A stretch of 64,000 nt of DNA. It comes from Dehalococcoidia bacterium. GTDB lineage: Bacteria; Chloroflexota; Dehalococcoidia; Bin125. Both the position numbers and the translations under genes were made by a program. The notes under the pieces were generated by a model. The model was not told where the DNA came from and searched no databases. It saw only the letters and a list, made by a program, of their open reading frames with translations. Below are positions 46,972 to 56,422 of this stretch, piece by piece. The stretch spans positions 2,656,001-2,720,000 of the forward strand of contig OY820591.1 in NCBI GenBank assembly GCA_963555985.3, read 5' to 3'. How positions within the stretch are numbered: the stretch's first letter is position 1; each line of letters begins with the position of its first letter.

Positions 46972-48114
46972 TCAGTCCCCACCGGCGGCAGCAGCGACCG
47001 CCGCCACCCGCGGCTCCGACGTCGTCGCCGGCTGATCGTCTCTGAAGTGCGGCATCACCTCTTCGCCAAACAGACGCAGGCTGTCCAGCACTTCCTCCTG
47101 CGGAATCGTCTCCAGCGCGTTGAGCAGGAAGTTGATCTGATCAACCCCGCACGACTCCCACTTCTTGATCTCTTCAACTAAACGGTCGGGGTTGCCGATG
47201 CACACCCCTTCGGGAGCCGACGCGCCCTGACCGGGATCCTGAGCCGCCTGCTGGCGGCTGGCGGCGAGCAGACCGGGGTTCGGGTAGCTGCGAGTGGGGT
47301 GAACTTCGCGCACCGGCAGCAACTGCGCCGCCAGATAGCCGAACGATCCGGTCAGGCGGCTGCCGGTCTTGATCCCCGTCTCGTTGTCCGGGTGGCAGTA
47401 GAGGAAGTTCACCGTCGCCACCCGCTCGTTCACGAACAGCCCCGCCGGCTCGCAGTCGCGGATCCGGCTGCGGTAGCGGTTGACCTTCTCCTCCTGCTCG
47501 GCGAACCCGCCAAACGTCAGCCCCAGCGAACCCATGCCGCGCTCAGCAGCGTCGATCTCGGTGCCGGGCGAAGAAACTGCAACCCACATCGGCGGATGCG
47601 GCTTCTGGTAGGGCTTGGGCAGCACCGCGCGGGTCGGCATTCGGAAGGCGCGGCCCTCGTAGCCGTAGCGCTCGTTCGTCCACATCTGCGGAATCGTGCG
47701 TGTGTACTCGTCCCAGGTCTCCTTGGTCTCGTCGGGATTGGCGTCCATCCCGCCCAACTCGGTCCAAGTGGCGGAGCGGCCGGTACCAAACTCCAGCCGG
47801 CCATCGGAGAGGATGTCGAGCACCGCCGCCCGTTCAGCCGCCCGGATCGGGTGGTTGAACTGCGGCACGCAGACGACGATCCCGTGACCAACCCGAATCT
47901 GCTTCGTCTGCATTGCGCAGGCGGTCAAGAACAGCTCCGGCGCGGAGCAGTGCGAGTACTCCTCCAAAAAGTGATGCTCCACCGCCCAGACCGAGTGAAA
48001 GCCCACCTCATCCGCCACCCGAACCTGTTCGAGGCAGCGGTGATAGACGGTGTGCTCAATGTCGTTCTCCCAGGGGCGGGGCACGGAGATTTCGTAGAAA
48101 ATGCCGAACTTCAC
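46972..48114 (-). CDS. LLM-class flavin-dependent oxidoreductase
   Basis: KFGIFYE, WAVEHHFLEEYSHCSAPE, DILSDGRLEFGTGRS, PKPYQKPHPPMW; GTG 48114 after GAGGGAG. Confidence 0.93.
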   Translation of the reverse strand: MKFGIFYEISVPRPWENDIEHTVYHRCLEQVRVADEVGFHSVWAVEHHFLEEYSHCSAPELFLTACAMQTKQIRVGHGIVVCVPQFNHPIRAAERAAVLDILSDGRLEFGTGRSATWTELGGMDANPDETKETWDEYTRTIPQMWTNERYGYEGRAFRMPTRAVLPKPYQKPHPPMWVAVSSPGTEIDAAERGMGSLGLTFGGFAEQEEKVNRYRSRIRDCEPAGLFVNERVATVNFLYCHPDNETGIKTGSRLTGSFGYLAAQLLPVREVHPTRSYPNPGLLAASRQQAAQDPGQGASAPEGVCIGNPDRLVEEIKKWESCGVDQINFLLNALETIPQEEVLDSLRLFGEEVMPHFRDDQPATTSEPRVAAVAAAAGGD

Positions 48115-48179
48115 TGGTGGCTCCCTCTCAGGCGGAATGGGCGACGGCTCGTGCGTATGGTAATCGATAGTCGGCGCGC

Positions 48180-48815
48180 TTACTCGCCCGGCCAGACCCG
48201 GCCCAGGTCGATGCTCAGACCAGCGCACACATCTTCCCCCGACAGTTCGGGCGGATCTTCAAGCAGTTCGACGCCGCCGTCCGCCCGATAAATCCAGACG
48301 CGCCGCGTGTCAGGATCGATCAGCCACCCAAGCTGGACGCCATTCGCGATCCAGTCCCGCATCTTGCCCTGCTGAGCCGGGATGCTCTGAGACAGCGAAC
48401 GAACCTCAATCACAAAGCGCGGGGCAAAATACGGGTGTCCACCGTCAGCCTTGTAACCCGCGAACTGTTGCTCATCCATCCAGGAGATGTTGGGGGCCAT
48501 CGCCGAGGTGTCGGGCAGGAAATAGCCGCTATCGCCGCCGAAAGTCTGACCGCCGCGATCATGCGCCCACTCCAAAAGGAACATCATCAGTCGGGCTGCC
48601 ACGGTCGAGCTCAGGAATTCGGGCCAAGTTATCGGGCGCAGTCTCCCGTCGGCAGTGCGCTCGAACAGAAAGTCAGCGTTGAGCTGGAGAATCTCAAGAA
48701 ACCGCTCGTCGGTCAGCTCCCAGTCCGGCGGAAGCCGGATCGGCTGCGGATCGCCGCGGCGCTGCTCCTCGGCGCTGGGAGCCGCAATAGCTTGTCGCTC
48801 GGCAACCATGGACAA
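48180..48815 (-). CDS. Uma2-family endonuclease (PD motif replaced by PN)
   Basis: GYFLPD..MAPNISW...APRFVIEVRS...KMRDWIANGVQLGWLIDP. Confidence 0.88.
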   Translation of the reverse strand: MSMVAERQAIAAPSAEEQRRGDPQPIRLPPDWELTDERFLEILQLNADFLFERTADGRLRPITWPEFLSSTVAARLMMFLLEWAHDRGGQTFGGDSGYFLPDTSAMAPNISWMDEQQFAGYKADGGHPYFAPRFVIEVRSLSQSIPAQQGKMRDWIANGVQLGWLIDPDTRRVWIYRADGGVELLEDPPELSGEDVCAGLSIDLGRVWPGE

Positions 48816-48976
48816 TTCCTCACAGGCGGTAGCGGGCGATGCAAACTCACGGTACCGCAGCCCAGCCGCGAATCAGAGTCGCTACCACCCCCGCCACTTC
48901 CCTCACCCCCGCGCCCTCCGTCCCCTGTCCCAGCACCCCCTCCGTCATTCTCACGCTCCTTTCCGTCATTCCCGCG

Positions 48977-49113
48977 TAGGGAGGCCTCTGCAAAACTCCC
49001 ATCTCCGTCATTCCCGCGAACGCGGGAAGCCATGCAGCGTACCGAGTGGGATGTGGATTCTCGCGTTCGCAAGAATGACGAAACGCTCAGATCGGGGATT
49101 TCGCAAGGCTCTC
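48977..49113 (+). mobile_element. Non-autonomous MITE-like element inserted in the centre of a CGTC-type REP palindrome
   Basis: Imperfect inverted repeats GAGGCCTCTGCAAAACTCCCATCT / AGATCGGGGATTTCGCAAGGCTCTC; flanked by CG on both sides; removing it restores CGTCATTCCCGCGCAGGCGAGAATCC. Confidence 0.6.
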
Positions 49114-49222
49114 CGCAGGCGAGAATCCCGATCCACCCAAGCATGAAACCACTCCCAATCTGGTCGTACCGCCAACCCACATCACGCGCCCCCTTCCCAC
49201 CACCAGCGACTATCCTCCACCC

Positions 49223-50200
49223 ATGCTCCTAGACGAACTGCAAACCCTGATCGAAACCCTCCAAGACCGCATCACCAAACACGCCCCCGCCCTCCGCCAA
49301 AGCGAGGCCCTCACCCGCTACGCCCTGATCGATCCCCTCCTGCGCGAACTAGGCTGGGACACATCAGACCCGTCGCAGGTGTTGGTGGAGTACAAGGTGG
49401 GAAAAGAGAGGGCGGATTACGCGCTCATCGGAGACGACGGCAAACCTCATGTCATCGTCGAAGCCAAGAAGTTGGGCGAGCCGCTGAGCGACCACATCAC
49501 GCAGCTCGTCAACTACTGCATTCAGGACGGCATCGCACACTGCGTCCTGACTGACGGTCGGCACTGGGAGTTGTACGAGACCTTTCGCCCCGTCCCGCTC
49601 AATGACAAACGGGTGGTGACGCTCGATCTTGAGGACGCATCGGCTAAGACTTGCCTCAACGCTCTGGCGCTCTGGCGGCCAAGTGTGGCCGAGGGACATG
49701 TGCGAGTCGGAGTGACGCCGGTCGTTCCTACCGAGCCAATTGAATCCTCAACCCCGGTCAAGCCATCTCCGCCATCGGCTCCCGATGACTCACCCACTCC
49801 CAAGGTCTTATCGACCGAGACCGACACGAACAGCGGCTGGGTGCCACTGTCAGCCTTGAAAGCAAAGCGAGGCGACAAGCCACGAGAATTACGGCTCCCA
49901 TCTGGAAAGACACATCAAGTCTCGCTGTGGGCAAACCTCGCAATGGAAGCGGTGCGGTGGCTGGTTGACAACGGCAAATTGACCGAAAAGGACATCCCCA
50001 TTTCGGCAGGACCCCAGCGATATCGCGTTGCCGTAAAGCCAGTGCATAAGAACGGGAGAAAATTCTCCCTGGTCCGACAGGTAAATGGGTTCTATCTCGA
50101 AACGGCTTTCAATGCACCAAGCCACGTAGTCAACTTGCGCACCATCATCACCCACGTCGGCCAAAACCCAGCCGACTTCGCCGTCCGACTCGCAAACTGA
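49223..50200 (+). CDS. Stand-alone type I restriction HsdR N-terminal-like nuclease with unknown C-terminal domain
   Basis: SEALTRYALIDPLLRELGWD..DP..V.VEY, RADYAL, IVEAKK, LTDGRHW; Pro/Ser-rich linker. Confidence 0.8.
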   Translation: MLLDELQTLIETLQDRITKHAPALRQSEALTRYALIDPLLRELGWDTSDPSQVLVEYKVGKERADYALIGDDGKPHVIVEAKKLGEPLSDHITQLVNYCIQDGIAHCVLTDGRHWELYETFRPVPLNDKRVVTLDLEDASAKTCLNALALWRPSVAEGHVRVGVTPVVPTEPIESSTPVKPSPPSAPDDSPTPKVLSTETDTNSGWVPLSALKAKRGDKPRELRLPSGKTHQVSLWANLAMEAVRWLVDNGKLTEKDIPISAGPQRYRVAVKPVHKNGRKFSLVRQVNGFYLETAFNAPSHVVNLRTIITHVGQNPADFAVRLAN

Positions 50201-50201
50201 A

Positions 50202-50429
50202 TCACCCCTCCGGCGGAGCCTCCAAATACACGATGTCGCTCACCAACAGCGGACGCGGAATCGCGCGGAAGAACCCCAGGTGCGGATTCCACTGACGAAT
50301 CGACTCCAACGCCTCCTCCGGATCCACGTCCGGCAACTCCCGCGCCGCCAGCGACTCCAACGTGTCGTCCGACCGTGGACGAGTCTGTTTGCGCAGCGGA
50401 ACCAGCGGCTTTGGATCGCGAGTCGGCAT
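50202..50429 (-). CDS. Small LysM-like protein (75 aa)
   Basis: C-terminal part of the track ORF from ATG 50429: RPRSDDTLESLAARELP...IRQWNPHL...LLVSDIVYL; fills the gap and is divergent from 50496. Confidence 0.55.
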   Translation of the reverse strand: MPTRDPKPLVPLRKQTRPRSDDTLESLAARELPDVDPEEALESIRQWNPHLGFFRAIPRPLLVSDIVYLEAPPEG

Positions 50430-50495
50430 ATTCGCTAAGATACGCAAAATTCCCTTGCGCGGGAACCTCTCCCGCGCCTGACGCTGGAGCCTCCG

Positions 50496-52205
50496 ATGCC
50501 CGACACCTACGACCTCGTGATCCGCAACGCCTACCTCTACGACGGAACCGGAATGCCCGGCTACCGAGGTGAGATCGGCATCCGCAACGGCCGCATCGCC
50601 AAAGTGGGGCGCATCGCCGAACAAGGCGCGCAGGAGCTCGACGCCGGCGGACTCGCCGCCGCCCCCGGCTTCATTGACCCCCACACTCACTACGACGCCC
50701 AACTCTGCTGGGACGGACAGGCCCGCCCCTCGCTCGAACACGGCGTCACCACCGTCGTCACCGGCAACTGCTCGCTCTCCCTCGCCCCGCTTAAGGAGTG
50801 GCAGCGCGGACGCCTCTGCCGCATGTTCCGCCAGATCGAAGACCTGCCCATGGCCGCTTTCGACGACGGCATCAACTGGGTCTGGGAGTCCTTCGAGGAC
50901 TACCTCGAAGCGCTCAAGCCTGGACTCGCCGTCAACGTCGCCCCGCTGGTCGGACATTCCGCCATTCGCATGTGGGTCATGGGCGACGACGCCCACGAGC
51001 GCGAGGCCACCGCCGACGAGGTCGCGCAAATGCAAGAAATGCTGCGCGAGTGCCTCGAAGCCGGCGCCAGCGGCCTCAGCACCTCCTACGTCGACATCGA
51101 CGAGCAGTGGAAGCCCGTCCCCAGCCGGCTCGCCAATCACGACGAGATCCGCGCGCTGGCCGAGACCCTCGGCGAAGTCGGGCACGGCGTGCTCCAGATC
51201 GTGCCCGAGTTCTACGACACCTCACTCATGCTCAGCCGCGTCGACATGCTCGCCGAACTCTCCCTCGAATACGGCATCCCCACCACCCTCTCGCCCCTGT
51301 TCCAGTCGCCCCAGACGCCGGAGCTGCCCGGCGCGGTGCTCTCCCGCGTCCGCGAGTGGTCCGAGCTCGGCGCCCGCGTCTGGCCCCAGGTCCAAACCCG
51401 CCCAATCGACATCAACTTCACCCTCCGCGAGCGCAACTTCATGCTGCTCGCCATGCCCACCTGGTTCGAGGTCCTCAACCTGCCCACCAAAGAAGAAAAG
51501 ATCGCCCGCTACCGCGACCCCGAAACCCGCGCCCAACTGGTCTCCGAAGTCGCCCCCGAAGGCGCGACCTTCCTCGGCAACCGCGTCGCCGACGCCTACG
51601 TGCGCGGCGTCGCCCTCGAGAAAAACCGCCCGCTGCTGGGCCGCACCCTCGGCGACATCGCCAAAGAGCGCGGTACCACCCCGGCCGGCGTCATGATCGA
51701 CATCGCCCTCGAAGAAGACCTCGACACCGAGTTCAAGAACGCCGCCCTCAGCCACACCGACTCCGAGATCGTCGGTGAGATGCTGGCCGACGATTATGTG
51801 ATGGTCGGCGCCTCCGACGCCGGCGCCCACGTCCAGGCCTTCGCCACCAACGGCGACACTGGCTACCTCTTCTCCGAGTTCGTCCGCAAGACCGGCGCGC
51901 TCAACATGGCCCAGGCAGTCAAAAAGATCACCCACGACACCGCCCAGGCCTGGGGCCTCCGCGACCGCGGCCTGCTCCACCCGGGCTACGGCGCAGACAT
52001 CGTGATCTTCGACCCTGAACAAATCGCCAGAGGCGACGAATTCGGCGTCCACGACCTCCCCGGCGACGGCTACCGCTACGTCCGCAACGCCGTCGGCGTA
52101 GACACCGTCATCGTCAACGGAGAAGTCGCCTACAGCGCCAAAACCGGCTACACCACCGCCGCCGCCGGAGACGTAGTCACCCTCCAAACCCCCGCCGCCG
52201 TCTAG
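50496..52205 (+). CDS. N-acyl-D-amino-acid deacylase family amidohydrolase (distant third paralog)
   Basis: YDLVIRNA.LYDGTG, PGFIDPHTHYDAQ, GNCS, SDAGAH, DRGLL.PG..ADIVIFDP. Confidence 0.93.
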   Translation: MPDTYDLVIRNAYLYDGTGMPGYRGEIGIRNGRIAKVGRIAEQGAQELDAGGLAAAPGFIDPHTHYDAQLCWDGQARPSLEHGVTTVVTGNCSLSLAPLKEWQRGRLCRMFRQIEDLPMAAFDDGINWVWESFEDYLEALKPGLAVNVAPLVGHSAIRMWVMGDDAHEREATADEVAQMQEMLRECLEAGASGLSTSYVDIDEQWKPVPSRLANHDEIRALAETLGEVGHGVLQIVPEFYDTSLMLSRVDMLAELSLEYGIPTTLSPLFQSPQTPELPGAVLSRVREWSELGARVWPQVQTRPIDINFTLRERNFMLLAMPTWFEVLNLPTKEEKIARYRDPETRAQLVSEVAPEGATFLGNRVADAYVRGVALEKNRPLLGRTLGDIAKERGTTPAGVMIDIALEEDLDTEFKNAALSHTDSEIVGEMLADDYVMVGASDAGAHVQAFATNGDTGYLFSEFVRKTGALNMAQAVKKITHDTAQAWGLRDRGLLHPGYGADIVIFDPEQIARGDEFGVHDLPGDGYRYVRNAVGVDTVIVNGEVAYSAKTGYTTAAAGDVVTLQTPAAV

Positions 52206-52261
52206 GGTTGGTCTACATCGACCCAAACCAATTCCATCATACCCGCGCGCGGCCCTTAACC

Positions 52262-52310
52262 GATCTCCCCCTTGAGGGGGAGATGCCGCGCAGCGGCAGA
52301 GGGGGTGGGA
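52262..52310 (+). repeat. REP-like repeat (family A) between convergent genes
   Basis: CTCCCCCTTGAGGGGGAG-ATGCCGCGCAGCGGCA-GAGGGGGTG. Confidence 0.8.
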
Positions 52311-52346
52311 CGCCCCATAGATCACCCAACGAGCGCCGCCACCCAG

Positions 52347-54824
52347 TCAGTCCCGCTGACCAAACTCCCGGCTCGTATCCACCACCGCAATCGCCGCAAT
52401 CCCCTCCTCCGCCGTCATCACCTTGACCCCCTTGGTCGAGCGCCCGCACTGACGCACCTCGCCCACCCGCGTGCGCAGAATCTTGCCGCCCCCGGAAATC
52501 AACACCAACTCCTCATCCCCGCGCACCACCGCCATCCCAACGACGTTGCCCGTCTCCTCTGCCGACACCCTGTGCCCGATCATCCCCTTGCCCCCACGAC
52601 CCTTGCTGCCGTACTCCGACTCTGCCGTGCGCTTGCCAAACCCGCGCGAGGTCACCGTGAGAATGTCCGCCTCCGGACGGATCGTCTGGAGCCCGACCAG
52701 CGCATCGCCCTCAGGCACCACAATCCCCCGCACGCCCCCGCTAATCCGCGAAGCGTCGCGCAGCTTATCCACCGAGAAGCGCAGCGCCTGGCCCGCGCTG
52801 GTCGTCACGATCACATCATCGCCCGCGTGCGCGAAGGCCGCTTCCACGAGTTCATCGTCTTCGTCGAGGTTGAAGGCTTGCAGCCCGCTCCGCCGCACAT
52901 TGGCGAAGTTGTCCAGCCGCGTCTTCTTCACCTCGCCCTGGCGCGTGCCCAGAATGATGAAATCGTCCTCGAAGCTGGTCACCGGAATAATCGTCGTCAC
53001 CCGCTCGTCCAACTGCAACTCAACCACATTCCGCACCGGCAGACCGCGCCACTCCCGCGAGCGCGCCTCGACCTCATGCGCCTGGAGCCCGTAGACCCGC
53101 CCCCGGCTCGTAAACATCAGCAGATGATCGTGCGTGTCGCACGCGATCAACCGCGCCGGAGCCTCCACTTCGCTCGCCCCGTTACGCCGGTTCTCGATCC
53201 CCTTCACCCCCTTGCCCCCCCGCCGCTGCGAGCGGAAGGCGTCCACCGGCTGCCGCTTGATGTACCCGTGCCGCGTCAGCGTCACCACCGACGCCTGGTG
53301 CGGCACCAGATCCGCTTCGCTGAACTCCCCCACCGAGCGCGGAACGATCCGCGTCCGCCGATCCTCCCCGTAGACCTCCACTAACTCGTCGAAATCGTCC
53401 CCGATCACGCCGTCGATCTTCTTCGGATCGTCCAGCAGCCCCTGGAGATACGCGATCGTCTCCGTCAGCTCCCGGTACTCCTCCTCGAGCTTGGATCGCT
53501 CAAGCTGAGCCAGCCGCCGCAACTGCATCTCCAGCACCGCCTGCGCCTGACGCTGAGACAGCTCAAACGGATCCTCCTGCAAGCGCTCGCGCGCCGCATC
53601 AGCCGATTCGGCCGCCCGGATCGCCGCGATGATCGCGTCGATCATCCCGATCGCCCGCAGCAAACCCTCCACGATGTGGTGCCGCGCCCGCGCCTTCTCC
53701 AGATCAAACTCCGTCCGCCGTGTGATGATCACCCGCCGGTGATTGATGAACTCCCGCAGCAGCTGATACAGCGTCAGCGTGCGCGGGCGGCCGTTCACCA
53801 GCGCGACAAAGTTGCCGTGGTACTTGATCTGCAAGTCGGTCGATTTATAGAGCTGCGCCAGAATCGTCTGCACATGCCCGTCGCGGGTCAGCTCCACCAC
53901 CAGCCGCATCCCGTGCCGATCCGACTCGTCACGCAGATCGCGGATCCCCTCGATCTTCTTGTCCCGCACCTGATTGGCGATCTGCTCGATAATCCGCACC
54001 TTGTTCGTCTGGTACGGAATCTCGGTGAAGACGATCTGCACCCGGTTGCCCTGCGCCGTCTCCTCCAGATGCTGCTGCGCGCGCACCGTGAAACCGCCCC
54101 GCCCGGTGCCGTAGACCCGGCGCAAATCTTCACTGCCCTCGCCCGCGAAAATGATCCCGGCCGTGGGAAAGTCCGGACCCTTGATCTGCTCCATCACATC
54201 CGCGAGCGTCGCGTCCTCTTTGTCCAGCAGCGTCTTGATCGCGCCCGCGACTTCGCTCAGGTTGTGCGGGGGAATATCGCAGGCCATCGCCACCGCGATC
54301 CCCGTCGCACCGTTCAGCAGTAAATTCGGCACGCGCGCCGGCAGCACGCTCGGCTCGTTCAACGATTCATCAAAGTTGGGCGTGAAATCGACGGTATCTT
54401 TGTCGAGATCACCCAGCATTTCCTCGGCGATCCTGCTCAGACGCGCCTCCGTATAACGCATCGCCGCAGGCGGATCATTATCAATCGAACCAAAGTTGCC
54501 CTGACCGTCGATCAATGGATTACGCAGGCTAAAGTTCTGCGCCATCCGTACCATCGCGTCGTAGACCGGCTGATCCGAGTGCGGGTGATACTTTCCCAGC
54601 ACTTCGCCCACGATCCGGGCCGACTTCCGGTGCGGCTGATTCGCCCTCATGCCGAGGTCGTCCATCGCGTAGAGAATCCGCCGCTGCACCGGTTTCAGAC
54701 CGTCCCGCACATCTGGTAGCGCGCGCGACACGATCACGCTCATCGCGTAATCCAGGTAGGACGAACTCATCTCCTCGACGAGCGTCCGAATCGGTGGAGC
54801 CGGATCCTGCGATTCAGTAACCAA
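52347..54824 (-). CDS. gyrA: DNA gyrase subunit A
   Basis: [35 protein letters not shown] active Tyr, GyrA-box QRRGGKG, C-terminal beta-pinwheel repeats. Confidence 0.97.
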   Translation of the reverse strand: MVTESQDPAPPIRTLVEEMSSSYLDYAMSVIVSRALPDVRDGLKPVQRRILYAMDDLGMRANQPHRKSARIVGEVLGKYHPHSDQPVYDAMVRMAQNFSLRNPLIDGQGNFGSIDNDPPAAMRYTEARLSRIAEEMLGDLDKDTVDFTPNFDESLNEPSVLPARVPNLLLNGATGIAVAMACDIPPHNLSEVAGAIKTLLDKEDATLADVMEQIKGPDFPTAGIIFAGEGSEDLRRVYGTGRGGFTVRAQQHLEETAQGNRVQIVFTEIPYQTNKVRIIEQIANQVRDKKIEGIRDLRDESDRHGMRLVVELTRDGHVQTILAQLYKSTDLQIKYHGNFVALVNGRPRTLTLYQLLREFINHRRVIITRRTEFDLEKARARHHIVEGLLRAIGMIDAIIAAIRAAESADAARERLQEDPFELSQRQAQAVLEMQLRRLAQLERSKLEEEYRELTETIAYLQGLLDDPKKIDGVIGDDFDELVEVYGEDRRTRIVPRSVGEFSEADLVPHQASVVTLTRHGYIKRQPVDAFRSQRRGGKGVKGIENRRNGASEVEAPARLIACDTHDHLLMFTSRGRVYGLQAHEVEARSREWRGLPVRNVVELQLDERVTTIIPVTSFEDDFIILGTRQGEVKKTRLDNFANVRRSGLQAFNLDEDDELVEAAFAHAGDDVIVTTSAGQALRFSVDKLRDASRISGGVRGIVVPEGDALVGLQTIRPEADILTVTSRGFGKRTAESEYGSKGRGGKGMIGHRVSAEETGNVVGMAVVRGDEELVLISGGGKILRTRVGEVRQCGRSTKGVKVMTAEEGIAAIAVVDTSREFGQRD

Positions 54825-54906
54825 GCCGTCACCCCATCGTTCTCATTGACTATTCACGTCCGGTTGCGAACGCGAACGATATCAATGACCTGTTATATAC
54901 ATGATA

Positions 54907-55629
54907 TCACAGTTGAGCGATGCGTGTAGCCCAATTCGCCCCGCCGCGATCAACGATCTCCCAGCCCGCCGGCGGCGCTTGCGCAGCCGATCCGAACCCA
55001 TCGAACCCCTCCCCGACCTCATGCTGAGCGTGATCATCCAGCCAAACCGCGCCCGCGCCCGAACGAAGCACCGAGTCGAACCACCACGCATAGACCCGCT
55101 CCGGGCGCGGCAGCGGCGAGGCGAGCCTCACCAGCGCGCTAAGCGCACGCCCGCCCGCGAGCGCGTAGCGCGGCCCCTCAGTCGCGCTAATCAGCTCCAG
55201 CTGCGCAGGCGTCAGCCACTGCAACCAGGTATCCGTCGCCGCCCCCGGCCGCAGAGCCAGCGTGACCGGCACATACCCCTTGCGGGAGCGAATCGGGCAA
55301 TAAGCGACATCCACCCCCGCAACTCGGGCCCGGACAGTAATCAGCCCTTCTGCGTCGGCTGGCGAGCCGCGCATTTTGTCATACAGCTGACGCGGGTAAG
55401 CATTACTGCCCACAGCCAGCAGAGCAACGCGACCCTCGAGACCAACCCCGCCGCTCTCCCGAAACCAGGCCTCAAGCCCAGCCACATCCGGCGGCGAGCG
55501 AAAAGGAAAAACCCGCCCCGAGCGATACGCGAAGTCAGTCCGCTGCTCAAGCCCACGCCCATCCGGATACAGCCACGGCTGCACAGTCAGAGAGGGAAAC
55601 CCCAGAACATCAAAAGCGCGCTCAAACAT
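54907..55629 (-). CDS. Hypothetical protein with GGCT-like AVGSN motif
   Basis: Plausible coding part from ATG 55629 (LLAVGSNAYPRQL...LT..QLELISATEG..Y); the upstream part of the track ORF is REP-derived. Confidence 0.6.
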   Translation of the reverse strand: MFERAFDVLGFPSLTVQPWLYPDGRGLEQRTDFAYRSGRVFPFRSPPDVAGLEAWFRESGGVGLEGRVALLAVGSNAYPRQLYDKMRGSPADAEGLITVRARVAGVDVAYCPIRSRKGYVPVTLALRPGAATDTWLQWLTPAQLELISATEGPRYALAGGRALSALVRLASPLPRPERVYAWWFDSVLRSGAGAVWLDDHAQHEVGEGFDGFGSAAQAPPAGWEIVDRGGANWATRIAQL

Positions 55630-55654
55630 CCCCCACAGCCTAAGCAACCCACAT

Positions 55655-56150
55655 CCCCTCCCCCTTGCAGGGGGAGGTGCCGAAGGCGGAGGGGGTAGAA
55701 CACCCCAATCCTCTCCAATCCCCACCAATAGCACCTCGTCATACCCGCGCTCCGCCGCGGAGCCTGTCCCCGCGAAGGCGGGGATCACTCGCCGTGACCA
55801 GCACCAACCCCCAACACCACCTCCCCCAAATCTCCCCCTTGAGGGGGAGATGCCCCGAAGGGGCAGAGGGGGTGAAAACGCCGCAATCCTCTCCGCTGCC
55901 CCACGTCTCACTCCCTCAGTCGCTTCGTGACAGCTCCCCCGTTGAAAGCCTGTCCCCGCGTAGGGAGGCCTTTGCAAAACTCCCATTTCCGTCATTCCCG
56001 CGCACGCGGGAATCCATCCGGCGCCTCGAGCGGGATGCGGATTCCCGCCTGCGGAGACCGTCGCCAAAGCCGCGTTCCCCTCTCCCCCCTTGCGGGGGGA
56101 GATGTCGCGTAGCGCCTGCCCCCGCGCAGGCGGGGGACAGAGGGGGGATC
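55655..56150 (+). repeat. Composite REP cluster (3 family-A units, CGTC-type palindromes, MITE-like left end at 55961)
   Basis: Family A at 55655, 55830 and 56076; CCTGTCCCCGCGAAGGCGGGGA at ~55763; CGTCATTCCCGCGCACGCGGGAATCC at 55990. Confidence 0.85.
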
Positions 56151-56227
56151 CCCGCACCCCTCCGCCTTCGGCATCACCCCCCAAGCCACTGTCGCCCACG
56201 CCACATCCAACCGCCCGCTACAGTCTC

Positions 56228-56403
56228 AAACCGTCTACCATGAACAGAACAAGAGTTGCGCCAACAGCGCTGTTCGCCTCCTCCAACCGAACCCGGCCGG
56301 GCTGAACAAACCTGAACACGCTGAACGACATTCTCCCAGCCAACACAGGAGATCCGCAATTCAGCACGCCGCGAGAAATTTCTCCCTGAACAACCTGAAC
56401 ACC
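56228..56403 (+). repeat. Dispersed CTGAAC-motif element, copy C
   Basis: AAACCGTCTACC..ACAGAACAA...GCTGAACAAACCTGAACACGCTGAAC...AACACAGGAGATCCGC...AAATTTCTCCCTGAACAACCTGAAC. Confidence 0.65.
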
Positions 56404-56422
56404 GAAACCGGAGACAACCGCC

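Noticed and set aside
55630-56199. N-terminal 190 codons of track ORF 54907..56199, and ORFs across 35449-35640 and 48850-49200
   Set aside because: They are translations of REP composites, not protein-like sequence.
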